Shown here one piece after another: positions 1 through 12,547 of a DNA stretch of 64,000 nucleotides. The stretch's first letter is position 1, and each line of letters opens with the position of its first letter. The stretch is from Basidiobolus meristosporus CBS 931.73 (taxonomy: Eukaryota > Fungi > Basidiobolomycota). Both the position numbers and the translations under genes were made by a program. Where the stretch lies: positions 124,001 through 188,000 of the forward strand of contig MCFE01000041.1 of assembly GCA_002104905.1 (NCBI GenBank), in the 5' to 3' direction. Below the pieces are notes generated by a model. The model saw only the letters and a program-made list of their open reading frames with translations, did no database searches and had not been told where the DNA came from.

Positions 1-1581
1 TTGCCTCCGCTTAAAACAATGTTGTTGAATAGATGAGGTCTGACATCGACGTCGCAGTTCGAGATACTATTGTATATCAACTGCGACACTCCTTGGCATT
101 CATTGATGTCGAAGAGCGATTGCTGCGGCGAGAAGGGGGAACGTGAGATAAGGCACTTGCATACAGCCGCGCTCAGTCACAAACCTTTACAATGAATCTG
201 GGCGGTTGGAACATGATTTCTGGCAGAGCAAATCTCTCGGTGCCAAATTGATTGTTGTAACCATCAGGAAACTCGAATGACTTGAGAGGGCGGGTACCCA
301 CAGTGCTAGATAATACAGAATGCCATCAGTACTGTGACTGCAAGTGAGGGACAAGTATCTTGTCCAACTTCTCATCGTATATGTTCTCAAACACTTGGCA
401 CACTGATTCCTTATATTCATTAATGGCTCTCTATCGTGTTCGTTAGATTGGATGCTTCAAACCAAGGAAACATTCGACAAAAGCCTACCATCTGCATCTG
501 ATAATGGTAATTGGGGTTGGTGTTTGGCCTGTTCTTCAACTCGACTTGTGCTGGCTCACCCGCCTCCACTGGGGATTTCTTGTTGATGAGGTAGTGAGGA
601 TTGATCTCGACTCCCTTGTTCGCCTTGAAGTCATGGAGGATTTGATCAGATATGAATTCACCACCGATATTTTGCTTTAGAATGCCTGTTTGTTTCCATT
701 CATTAGCTTCTCCAATCCGGCCACTATGTGATGGGTCTTTCTAACCTTTCTTTAGAACATAACCGTCATAAACTGGAACTGCGCTTGTCATTCCGCCTCC
801 GGAGTCGAGAACCAAGGCAGTTGGCTTGCCGGAAGCAAATCTATTTCTTGAAGTTTAACCACAGGGAATTACCAGTTGTTGAAACCTCGCACTTACGCAG
901 ACAACACAGCGTTTTTACAGATAAAGAAGGCCGGGAAGTTGTATTTCTCGAAAGCGAGCTCCGCTATTTTCTCGCGAATCTCTCTTGTATTCCAAGAGGC
1001 CTCGGTAACCAAAAGGGGATGCTCCTCGGGATTGACACGCAACCGGTCCAAGAAAGCATGATTCCAAATCTCCTCAAGTACCTCCCAATCCTCAACTGGA
1101 AATCAAAACGGGTTAAATGTGTGCCCTGAATCACTGCATCAAGAATATCAACTGACCAAGGCCATCTTTCAGAGGGTTTTTGACATCCATATTTTCTCTC
1201 CAGCAAGAGAAATCGCTATCACCAACGTGGTACTTGAGTGTTTTCTTGGAAGAGGATTGTTGATCTAGAGATTCACCAGTACCAGCATCAGTCATGCTCT
1301 CATCTCGATTCTCCTCAATATTCCCGTTTTGTTGAGTTTCTGTTACGCCAACAAAAGAGGGGAATACAGTTTTAGGCGCGTCTTCACCCGCGTAGCCTGC
1401 CTTTGTCCAGCACGTTCCTACGTCGATGACCAAGGCCGAAACTTCGTCTACATGGAGAAAGGATTATGTTAATAAAATCTATTCTGCTCGCGCGTATAAG
1501 GTGCTCAGTGACGAATTCGTGAGATCTGTAAGCTCTTATCCAAAAGGATCGACATCCAATACCTCCTCCATATGTTGCCAT
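1..1581 (-). CDS. ARP4: Actin-related protein 4 (ACTL6/BAF53 family), multi-exon, 3' end runs off the window start
   Basis: ATG at 1581; 19-nt first exon spliced across intron 1448-1562 gives [32 protein letters not shown]. Later exons read [34 protein letters not shown] and, at the window edge, [22 protein letters not shown]. The YGGDEV N-terminus is typical of Arp4/BAF53. Confidence 0.92.
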
Positions 1582-2378
1582 TTCCAAGCAGTTTCTTGAC
1601 TTGACAAGAATTATGTTACAGAACAAAAACACCAGTTACAATAATAAATAAGATTTTGTATCGCTGTTGTGATTGCTGGGAGTCACCAATCATTTCAAAT
1701 GTTTAACGAAATCAAGTTAAGGCTTGGCTTAATAGTCGCGAACTTAATCAACTTTGAGATCTGCTGCTAAATAAATATAAACTCGAGTGTTATATCAGCT
1801 GTCCCAACAAATATAATGTATTAATGGACATGTGGACTTCAACCAACTCCTACATGAACTTGTTACCAACTTTGTGATGATTGTATCAGTGCAATGAAGT
1901 TTATCAGCCATGCAAGCGCTGCAAGAGCAAGGAAGTTTCTTGATTATGAGTAATCTCACGTGCAAGAAACCTACGGTCAATCAATCAACTTGACTTCCTG
2001 TGTTAGAGACATAATGGCCACTACATAATAGGGATATTGACAATAACCATAATTGCGGTGCGACTAATGCTGGGAGCCTCCAAATCGCTTTTGGCCTGGA
2101 AATTATCCGTCCATGATTTAGACGTCATTCATTGACAATGCTATTGCGCATATTTAACCCACCATTCATCCACACATGCTTCCTTTGAATTTACCTGATT
2201 GCCTTTCAATTTGCAGAATACTTGTGCCACAAGAGCCTTTCTTTTTGAAACAGTCATACATTATTAAGATACAAAACACAGGTCATCTTTGAGTGCGTCC
2301 TGAGCCATTTCCTTCCGCATAACTATTGACGCTTGCTTCGTAATCCCAGCATAGCACATCCACTTATTTTGTTTAGTC

Positions 2379-3500
2379 ATGTCTGCCCAACCAGCCAGTC
2401 AAAGTTCCAACAAGCTATACCAATTCAAGTTAGTGCTCTTAGGTAGGTCGTACCAACTCGCAACTTTCCAACCTTCGCCTTATTGATGTGACTCGTTTTT
2501 CTGTAGGGGAATCCGCTGTTGGAAAGTCTAGGTACTCTGCACGATTTATCAACTTTCGCAACAGTTGTTAACTTCAGCTCACCCACTTCAAAGCTTAGTG
2601 CTTCGTTTTGTAAAAGATCAATTTGACGATTACAGAGAGAGCACCATCGGTGGTGAGTACACACTGTGTTAAACTATCAGCGAAGTTCAGTGACAGATGC
2701 AATATAGCTGCATTCTTGACGCAGACGATATCACTTGATGAAAACACCACTGTGAAGTTTGAGATCTGGTAAATACCGTATTTTGGACCTCCTTGCGGCT
2801 ACGTACTTACATTTATCTAGGGATACCGCCGGACAAGAAAGATACAAGGTATTGTCTTGATACGTATCATAACTTCGATACCAGGCCGTGCTCACGCTAT
2901 GCATCCTAGAGCTTGGCGCCCATGTATTATCGTAACGCCAATTGTGCGATTGTCGTGTACGATATCACTCAGCCGGTAAGATTTATGGGCGCTGAAGTAT
3001 ATGGAAATTGATTTCTAGGTCTAATGAAACGAGTCTCTTGAAGGCCTCTCTGGACAAAGCCAAATCCTGGATCAAGGAACTACGAAGACAAGCAGACCCT
3101 AATATAGTCATAGCTCTCGCAGGGAACAAAAGCGACCTTGTGTCTCGCCGGGCCATCGCTACTGAAGTAATGTTGTGTTGAACATCGGGTCAACGGTCAC
3201 AGTATGTTAATCATCAGGTTTAGGATGCCCAGTCATACGCCAATGAGGGCGGGCTACTTTTCTTTGAAACCTCAGCCAAGACTGCACACAATGTCAACGA
3301 GCTGTTCACTGCAATAGGTATTTGCTGGCTGTACATGCACACACAGGAAATCGCTTTTGACTCACCGGCTCTGCCCATCCTCACCAGCCAAAAAACTACC
3401 CTTGGAACAAATAGCAGCCTCGCGTAATCGGAACAGCCTAAGCCAAAGACAAGGGATCGATTTAACTCAGGCCAACAATGCCAACGGATGCGCCTGTTGA
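2379..3500 (+). CDS. VPS21: Rab5-family GTPase (Vps21/Ypt51-like), multi-exon
   Basis: Manual splicing gives [70 protein letters not shown] and FFETSAKT, ending in the CXC prenylation motif GCAC-stop (TGA 3498-3500). Confidence 0.93.
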
Positions 3501-4586
3501 TTATCCATCTTGCCACCGCCGCTTTGCCATTGTCCAGCTTGTATTTCACAGCGATGTTTATCCAATATTTTGACGTACACCGTCATACATCATTGCTCGA
3601 AGTTTGAGAGATTGCTACCTCATCCATATTCCCTCCTTGAAACAAACAGATGATTGCTGCTATTATCGAATATGTAATGTCAAGATAGAATTAAACTGGC
3701 TTTTCCAATCAACTCGAACCGTACCAAGTGGAACAAAATGAAATTCAATCAAATGCAGCTTAATTAAATGTTTATTGACTCGTGCGCCACCCAGATTGGC
3801 ACGACTCAGATTCAGGTAGGTCTGTCGATCAACGTGTTGGCGAGCAGCATCTGTATTCACTGCATACCTCTACTACCCTCGATAAGCATCTTCTTCGGCC
3901 CAACGTGTTGCAGGGAAATAAAGGATAATGATGACTGAGCGATGCAGCAATTGATTGACACGCTGTATGGTAAGGGGTGGGTAGATTACCCTGTGGCATG
4001 CATGCCTGTTATTGTCTAACAATACATGCAATGTTGAACGCTGGACAAACAAGGCGCATACATGGTTGTGTAAATTTTCAGTGAGTCTGATCTAATCAAC
4101 CTGGATTTAGAGTGCTACACTGTTCATTAGATTACTTTATTTAAGAGAAGTTTCCACCTGACCCCTTACTAAAAGCAATCTTCTCCCCCGTCCCCTTTGC
4201 CCTTACTTGTTTCGCCCTAGAGCTTTCTACTCAATCATCCCTACTAGGCGGATCCACATAATATTCGCGCCTATTTGTACCCGTTCTTTACCCAGCCCTT
4301 CTTCATAAATTATTCGAAGTGCTTTCAACCAACTTTGTTGCCTTCTTTGCTGCTGCTTTGTCTCTTTTAATCCTTTCTCTTGACCTCTCTTTGATACAGT
4401 CTGCTCGAAGTAGACCTCCTCTATGATACTCTCTTTGCTTTAATATTTACTCCTTGTTAGTTGGTCGCTGTTCCTACTATATCTATTTCACCTTTGTGGT
4501 CCTTGTTTTTCCTGTACTTTTATAATCACTTCATTCTTTCAATCCTTACCGTATAATTATATTTGCTTCTCTAACCCTTTTTTGCC

Positions 4587-6289
4587 ATGTCTGCTAACCT
4601 CGGTCTTTCCACAAAGGATGCTCCTCAGATCACTTACACGCCTAGTTCTCATTGTCCGCATCGTTCCCCTGGGCTATGCTCGCGAAGCGCCACCGAACCA
4701 ACTAACCAAGATAATAGTGCTGCCTTCAAATTTTCGCACGCTAGCAGAAGTGCCACCACTCTAAGAGTTGATTCCCGTGAATCAAATAACTGTGAACCTT
4801 CGAGCCCTAGAAGCCAAAGATTTTTGAGAACTCCGACCTCCCCCACCTTTAGAAATCGTTCCTCCGGTTTGCTCACTCCACCCGAGCTGAGAGCCAGTGG
4901 GTCTTCAGACGACGAGACCGATTGTGAGGATGACGACGACCGAAGCTTTTTCGAGGAGAGGTACGTATACCGGTGGTGATTCTTCACGCTTACCTGGAGT
5001 TTAATTCGTTAATTTGGACCCTGTGCATTGTGTCAATAGGGATCAGTATGGATTTAAAAAGTCCACTCAATATTCCACGAAAGATGACTATGAGAGGTTC
5101 ATATCCGACTATGAGCCGATTGTGCAGAGGAGACGCGAGAAATGGCATTCTTTAATTAAAAGCTACCACGGCACTCTACCCGCCGGCTCCCCAACAATAA
5201 AACGATACATTCGTAAGGGGATACCAAATGAATATAGACGGCAGGTTAGTTGAGACGTTTATGTCGAAACTCGTTAGTTCGTGGCTAATTCAAGCGACTT
5301 TAGTGCTGGCTTCACTATAGCGGTGCCGAGGCTCGGATGAGAGCAAACCCTGGAGAATACGACTCCCTCATCCGTAAAATACGACAACCAGAGTTCAACA
5401 ATGAGTATGTGGAAATCATCGAGAGAGGTAGTGTGATCGTGATGCTGATAAATGTAGGCTTCTTAGATTTATCGCTGATCAGTTTTCATGACTCCTTCCA
5501 GACCTTCACCGAACTTTCCCAGACAACATCAAGTTCAAGGCTAAGATCTCTGCCAGAGGCTCGATTCATACGCAGGATATTGCGACGCTCCAGTCGTTGC
5601 GTCGAGTGTTGGTGGCATTCTCACTGTGGTCCAGTTCAGTTGGATACTGTCAGTCATTGAGTTATGTGGCCGGATTACTGCTTCTCTTCATGAATGAAGA
5701 GGAGTCATTTTGGACCCTCGTATGTCTAGTGGAGGACATCATCCCTTCAGAGATGTACTCAGCCACTATGGAGGGAGCGATTATCAATCAGGAAGTATTC
5801 ATGCTGTTACTGCGAGATAAATTCCCTACAATCTACGACCGCCTAGACAAACAGACGACATCAGGAATGCCACCAGTTACTCTGACCGTTAGTCACTGGT
5901 TTTCCACCATCTTTGTAGGAGTGATGCCAGTGGAGAATGTTTTAAGAATCTGGGATTGCTTGTTCTACGAAGGATACAAGATCGCATTTCGTATCGCTCT
6001 AACCCTATTTAAAATGAACGAACACGAGATCATGAGCACACAAGACCCATTGATTCTATTCCAAAAGATCCAGGATATGCCCAAGAACGTGATAGACTGT
6101 CACAGTCTCCTAGAGGTAACATTTCAGATATATACAACACCACACGCCTGCTGCTCCATACTAATCGAATCTTTCACTGAACAGAGCTGCTTTAAACTAA
6201 CATCCCTCTCGCGGAAGGAAATCGACCATCACTCCCGTAAATACCAGAAATCCAAATGCCGAAACGGGGCCCGTAGTGTCTCCTTATAA
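4587..6289 (+). CDS. TBC-domain Rab GTPase-activating protein (Msb3/Gyp3-GRTP1 type), multi-exon
   Basis: Ser-rich N-terminus, then DQYGFKK and KRYIRKGIPNEYRRQCWLHYSGA. Arginine finger IERDLHRTFP is split by an intron; glutamine finger GYCQSLSYVAG; LRIWDCLFYEG. Confidence 0.9.
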
Positions 6290-6778
6290 CCCCACCAGAA
6301 GATACACGCGTGCCCATTCACAACTACCCTAATTATTTTTGTTTCCCTCCCAAGATTGTTTCAACTTCAACTATGTTCTCGGTAGAGAGGACCAAATAGA
6401 AAAAGGAAAACCCAAACCAACTCGTCTCTTCTCATTCGGCCGATGTTTCGCCAACCACGAGTTGGAAGGAGTGGTGGGATTTTGGCTAGAGAGAGAGAAA
6501 TGACCCCTTTCAAATTTTACGGCTCCTGTGACACAAGAGTGATTTCTCCGCCTTGTGGACGAGAATAAATCAGAAAATCCGAATTCACGGTGGGGGGTGT
6601 CCTTTGGAGACACGTGATGAGGGTGGGCATTAATGTTATTTACCATTTCGATGATTGGATCGACGTAGGAGATGGTGGTTGGTATAGGTCTAATTGCATG
6701 CGGAATTGGAAGATGATTGCGAAGTGGGAACCATTATACTTTCATACTCGACATAGCCCCAAAGTGCTATAGTACGAA

Positions 6779-7563
6779 ATGAAGAAAGGGACGGCGCTTA
6801 CGCTATTAATATGCTTTTGTACACTGCTCGGCTGCTTCGCCAGCCCGGAGAGGCGGAGCCAACTTGAAAGCCTACCGGCGAACTCGAACGGGGTGATACA
6901 GCTCAAAGGGGCCTCCTTCGAGCTGCTGACTTCGACACCGCGCGACTATGCGGCGGTTGTTTTGTTAACTGCACTTGGACCGGAGTTTGGGTGCTCCGCA
7001 TGTGGGTAAGCGCAACGTTCGCACCCTACCATTTGGCTTTCGTTTATGGCGGCCAATTTCTAACCTCGCCCCCGCTTCAATAGTCACTTCGATCCGAACT
7101 ATCAGCTTTTATCGAAGGGCTGGATTTCTAGCAAAAACCCGGAGCAGTTGTATTTCGGTCAATTGGACGTCGCAATGGGCCGAGAGGTTTTCCTGCATCT
7201 CAGCGTCAACTCCGCACCGTACATCCTATTCTACCCACCAACCGAAGGTTCCAAGGCCCCAGGTGGTGAAGGGCCTATCGTGTACTCGTTCAGAAGGTAA
7301 CCCGAGCAGCTGGCATTTCGTGAGAACAATCGATTAACCCCCCCCCCCCAAGCGTTGATGAATAGCCTCCAGGCGGAACCATTGGCTGAGTTCTTATCAC
7401 AACACCTTGGCATTGAAGTAAGGGGGAATTTGGAAACGGTTGGGTGTAGAACAAGTGAATCTCGGACATCTTCTTCGTCGCTCTGCTCCTCCTCTCGTTC
7501 AGCACGGTCATCTACCTGTTCCGCATTAAGAGTGGTGGCTATCCCTTTAGATTGGTCTTCTAA
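6779..7563 (+). pseudogene. OST3/OST6-family oligosaccharyltransferase subunit, internally deleted or disrupted (pseudogene or assembly defect)
   Basis: Signal peptide and thioredoxin-like domain with CSAC are intact over three exons. The family C-terminus IFFVALLLLSFSTVIYLFRIKSGGYPFRLVF-stop (TAA 7561-7563) is present. The intervening transmembrane helices are absent and that frame has TAG (7447) and TGA (7456) just upstream. Confidence 0.7.
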
Positions 7564-8016
7564 ACCCCGCCGAACCTGGGCTGGTGCTAGGGAATAAATC
7601 GTTCATTTGATACTGGTTAAACCTTGATGAGTGTGGGGGTGGGTCGGCTTGGTCTTAAAAGAATTTAATACAGAATGGATGTGGCTTGGATAGAGTATAT
7701 AAAACATAGCTGAATATCTACATGCTTCATATAGATACACTACTAACTTCTCCCACGGATAACATTATAGGGGGGGGTAACAAAAGATGCTGACTTGATT
7801 GTCGGTTGAGGAGGTGGTGGTCAGCAACCAACAGTAAGGGCGAACAAAGCATGGAACCAACATTCAGAACAATGAACAAAGCAAGATCGTGTAAATAGGG
7901 GAAATAATAAAATGGCTAGAGTGAACCAAGTCTAGTAAACCGACCGATGTGAGAGTCGGATTCAGATTGTGTTCAATGATTATTCTTCGTAATCTAACTA
8001 TAAACATGCTCTCTTT

Positions 8017-9669
8017 CTATTCAACCATCGAGTCGTTCGGTTGGTGAGTCATACACGAATCCAAGTCAATCCCTGCCGAGCGGAGCTGTGCCTCGGCATG
8101 TGTCGGGATTAGGACTCGATTGAGATCGGGTCGGAGCGCTAGTTCTATAATGACAACAAGAGCTGGTTAGTATCGGAAGTACTTGTGAGGTCGATTGGGA
8201 CCCGTACCCTCTGGGGTGAAATTGAACAGCGGTGGCAGGCTTCGATCTTTGGACATTCTGGTACCTGGGTGACGTAACTCATCAAAAAACGGATGTGCCA
8301 TCGCCTCTAGAGCGGTCAGACGCTTGGTAGGAGTATAGTCAAGAACCTTTGAAATAAGGTCGAGAGCTTCGGCAGGTGGGTTTTGGGAACGGAAGACCTA
8401 TGTCAGAGCAGGTGAATTAATCTAGAGTCCTATGAGTTTAGTATGTTTGGTGGCTTACCCTAGAGAACGGATGAGGCTTAATCTGCGGGAAACGATGCTC
8501 CATATAGTTAGGATTCATCGTTTGGATTTGCTCCCGGGACGGCGTCCCCAATACTTTGATGATCTCCACAAGTTGATCGATGCCACTTTCACCGGGAAAC
8601 AGTGGCTGGCCCAAAATTAATTCAGCCATCACACACCCGCTGGACCAGATATCTGTAGAGAGGACATCAACCAATTTGCGCATGTTCATCCCAACAGATC
8701 AGACTTACCAATACTGGTAGTGTAGTCGGTAGCACCAAAAATCAACTCGGGTGCACGGTAGTATCGCGAGCAGATGTATGCGACGTTCGGCTCCCCAACG
8801 ACTAGCTTCTTCGCGCTGATGTGGAGTTCGTTAGATATGTTTGGAATGGAAATCAGTACCAACCGCATACCTTCCAAAATCGCATAGCTTCAATATGCCA
8901 AGAGAGGGGTTGACAAGTAGATTCTGAGGCTTTATATCGCGATGACAGATTCCGAGGGAGTGGATATAAGCCAGCGAGCGAAACAGTTGGTACATGTAAA
9001 GCTTCACATGCAGTATAGGCACGGATTGCTTGACACTAGTGTGCTGCCGATTCACACGGTAAACAGTCTCAGGAATGTATTCCAATACAAGATTCAAGAA
9101 AACCTCGTCCTTCTACAGAACCGGAAGATATTAGACATGGAGAAAGAGGGGTCGAAACATGGCAGCCCTCGTACCTTTTCACCGTTAGAATAGAAGAACG
9201 CTTTCAGGGACACAATGTTTGGGTGAACAAGCAACCTCATAATCTGCAACTCACGATTCTAGGGTGAAGTGGATTGTCAAACATGGTTCGCCAGATATTC
9301 GAGAAGGCAGGTTGCTATGCGGAGGGAGGGGAATACAATACCTTGAAGCGTTTGTCCTGCAGTACTTTTTTAATAGCAATCTCGTCTCCGCTGTCAGCAA
9401 GTTTTGCCTTGTACACAACACCAAAAGAACCGTTACCAACTGCTTTGTAGTTGGTATAGCTAAGCTCGCATTGATCTCCAGATTTACCATCCTGAACCGC
9501 AACTTTAACTATCTTATGAGGGTCGGTCTCTAGTTTTAAAGAAATACAAGTAGGTTATTGTTATAGTTTATTCCTCAATATCCCCCGACAACTCGGCCCT
9601 CCTCAGAAAATAATACGTTAACGTACCGAAGCCTCTACCGCCATTTAAGGAAGAAACCAGGGAAGACAT
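8017..9669 (-). CDS. GSK3: Glycogen synthase kinase-3 family kinase (Rim11/Shaggy), multi-exon
   Basis: [100 protein letters not shown] at 9669, TAG at 8017-8019. Confidence 0.95.
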
Positions 9670-11512
9670 TAGATGTAGTGAAAATAAGCGGATGTATGGG
9701 CGGTTTGTTTCTTTAATTTAAAAGAAAGTGTATTCAGCTGACGAGCGGTAGAAACGGGAGGGACTAGCAAAAGGTAGACTAAGAAGGAGGAGACAGGCAC
9801 AAAAGTCAAAAAGGCACCAAACAAAAATTAAGGGGCACTCCTAGCGTGTAGGAAGGTCAAGTGAGTGAGCATTATGTCAAGGAGGTCACCTGAAGGCATT
9901 CACCACACCTACCTGACCAGGCTGATCCCAGAATAGATGAGAGCTGCTAGGCGATCAGAATCAAGCCAATAATATGCATAATAATTAGCTAGCAGTCCCC
10001 CTTACTTCCTTTCGTCACCACCTCGAGTGGCATCCTTGCTGTTTCATGATCCTGTGACTCTTACTACTGGATTATGTGTGTTTCGTATTTGCTTGAAAAG
10101 CCACCAGTGACGGAAAACAATTGGCAGCATTCATTCTAAAACACAGAAATAATCGTATATGGTAGTTTGGAGTAACCAATAAATACCATGATTACAATTA
10201 GCATCCATATCTTATTTTGCATATCTGGTGTGGTAGTTACTTGGAGATTCCCCTGCTGCATCGCTCTAACATCACTCTGTAGAGAAAGTCGGCATAATCC
10301 TACTAACAGCCCAAGATAAGGCCAACCCAAGACAACTCGAGACGGGTAACCCGATGGCTCAACTACCTGAGCGTGGAGGCATCGTTGGTACTGGATTTCA
10401 TGATGCGATTGGCGATTGCCCTTAAACACATTCCGAAAACGTCCTACAAGGGGTGAAGGTGGGCGGTATTTCAAGGCAATCTATCATTTATCCGTTGCTC
10501 AATCAGGGTGTTTTTGAGGCAGTACAAAGGCTCCAAGTACAATAGACATGTAGTGTACATTGAGTCCTCCAACTACAACTCAAATAAATCAGTGACGCTT
10601 ATAATCAGGTTCAAAGTATTCGGGGTTTTGGAAGAGCATTCTTAGTTAAGCATTATGACCTCATGGCAGCCAGTGACAGCGAACTCAAAATAGCTTCGGG
10701 TAGGATGGTTACACGCTGGGGTATTTCCACGAGATAAAGGCTCAGGGGAAGGAAAGATTGGTCATACATTGCTGGGGTTTAGCCAGGCTCCAAAGACCCT
10801 CTAGACTAGAGCATATCTTGAGCGAATAACCGGCTGCCAAGAATAGTGGAAAAGGAAGATGTCTCGGGTGACACAGGGAATCCGTTATAGCAGCATTCTG
10901 CCACTCACTCATATATTATCTAAGCCATGTTCTTGAAGCCGACACTACTCGTTTTGGAGAGCGGATTCAGATCATTGGCTGAATTGGCAAACATCATAGC
11001 AACCCTTATGGGGAATGACCTGAGATCTTGATTCCATTAGCTAGATTCTCATTATCTCATCTTCGCTTACTTCTTTAGTCAATAGATGGACGATGGTAGT
11101 GCTATATGTCCCATAAAAAAGGTCTCGAGCGCGCCTCGCAGTCTCTGTGATATGACAGCCCTATTGGCCCATTTTCGGATGCCTCAGCTAACCTCAACTA
11201 CGGAAAAACACAGAATCCCATTGTTTCACAACTCTAGTCATGATAGCACGAGTGGTACAACCGAGATTTCGCCTCCGCAATTTTGGCAAACACCAAGGAG
11301 TTGGCTAGGATGTGAACGCTCATGATTAGATTGGAAAGCACGGACGTCCACAGTGCAAGGCCTAGATCTGATAGAATACGATATTACCTGGCATCCTGGT
11401 ATGCGTGTATGAGATATGTAAATGAGATTGTCTCGCTAAATAAAGGTTTATTCATACAATGATTGAATTAGAGTCAAACTATATACAACTATCAAACAGT
11501 GCTCATCGCAGG

Positions 11513-11788
11513 TCAAGCCAGCGGGGGAGCGACGAAATCTTGGTTCTCAAAGCGTCTATACCACAACTTGTGTGTGGAGGCAGCTATCTGGGCCATGTCC
11601 ATTTCAAACTCCTTCTGGCTTGTTAGCGAAACCGATTGCCCCTCTAGGCCGCGTGAGTCTAACTGGTTTAATATCCTCTCAAGCTCTTGGATAGCGAGCT
11701 CGCACTCAGTGCTTCGATGGGCTCCTTGGCAATGTGGGCATCCTTGTTTGGATTGTTTACGGGAGAATAGTGATTGGAGCTTGTTCAT
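11513..11788 (-). CDS. Small (91 aa) CX2CX3HX4C zinc-knuckle protein, paralog 1, unknown family
   Basis: Intronless ATG ORF containing CPHCQGAHRSTEC. Clear paralogy to 12223-12495; TATAAAA 38 bp upstream and AATAAA downstream (11447-11452). Confidence 0.7.
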   Translation of the reverse strand: MNKLQSLFSRKQSKQGCPHCQGAHRSTECELAIQELERILNQLDSRGLEGQSVSLTSQKEFEMDMAQIAASTHKLWYRRFENQDFVAPPLA

Positions 11789-11825
11789 TGTTTCGAATGG
11801 AATTTTTCTCTCCAGGATGGGCAGC

Positions 11826-11832
11826 TTTTATA
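11826..11832 (-). promoter_or_regulatory. TATA box of zinc-knuckle mini-gene 1
   Basis: TATAAAA on the minus strand just upstream of the ATG at 11788. Confidence 0.5.
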
Positions 11833-12222
11833 AATCTCCATACGGAGGTTAGATTCTTACATTTCCTATTTGGATTGACCTCAACAGTTTAAGCCTTGCG
11901 CTGCTTCGGCCGAGAATCTAAATATGCAACTTAGTGTGGGAACGTCGGGAATCAAATAACGGTAGACGATCATATACTGACGTGATTGTATCAACATATT
12001 CCGCTGTGATCATGCATTTCGACGCCAATCGCATGAATCTACCGAGATCATGGAAGCGAGGATTGTGGTTGTCAATAATTTATAGGTGAACTTGTGGCTA
12101 CTCACAATTGTAGAGGATATCATGGTTGTTGGCAATTAATAACGTGTATCATGGTCATCGGAAGATACGGTGTTGAAAGTTTATTCATTCTATTTACAAG
12201 GCTTAAAATACATCATGTGGAG

Positions 12223-12495
12223 CTAGAGCTCATGGGACCATTGCGTTGAATGCTTTTTGGCCACTCCGGAGAATTTTGCCACCTCCATCTCGAATTCCTT
12301 CTCGGCAGTCAGATTGAGCGTTTGATCCTCGTAACGAGAGGCTGAGTTTCCCCAAAGAATGTTTTCAAGGTCACAGATAGCGATCTCGCATTGGATCAGT
12401 GAATGGGGCTCTCGACAGTAACTACAGCGTTCGCGGGTGTGTCTCCTTGATTTGAGACTGAGGCTGCGGGTAATGAGCTTGTTGAAGTTGAACAT
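12223..12495 (-). CDS. Small (90 aa) CX2CX3HX4C zinc-knuckle protein, paralog 2, unknown family
   Basis: Intronless ATG ORF containing CSYCREPHSLIQC. Shares NKL, CE-AI--LE-IL and E-Q---LT--KEFEM--A with paralog 1; TATAAATA upstream and AATAAA downstream (12180-12185). Confidence 0.7.
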   Translation of the reverse strand: MFNFNKLITRSLSLKSRRHTRERCSYCREPHSLIQCEIAICDLENILWGNSASRYEDQTLNLTAEKEFEMEVAKFSGVAKKHSTQWSHEL

Positions 12496-12539
12496 ATTGA
12501 GGAGATTAGGTATACTTCTGGAAGGTTGGGGAAGTGGTG

Positions 12540-12547
12540 TATTTATA
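12540..12547 (-). promoter_or_regulatory. TATA box of zinc-knuckle mini-gene 2
   Basis: TATAAATA on the minus strand about 45 bp upstream of the ATG at 12495. Confidence 0.5.

Noticed and set aside
7338-7349. C12 homopolymer after the branch point of an OST3/6 intron
   Set aside because: Intronic polypyrimidine tract; at most a flag for local sequencing error.
10136-10474. 112-aa ORF considered as a third zinc-knuckle paralog
   Set aside because: Non-ATG start; lacks CX2CX3HX4C and the KEFEM motif.
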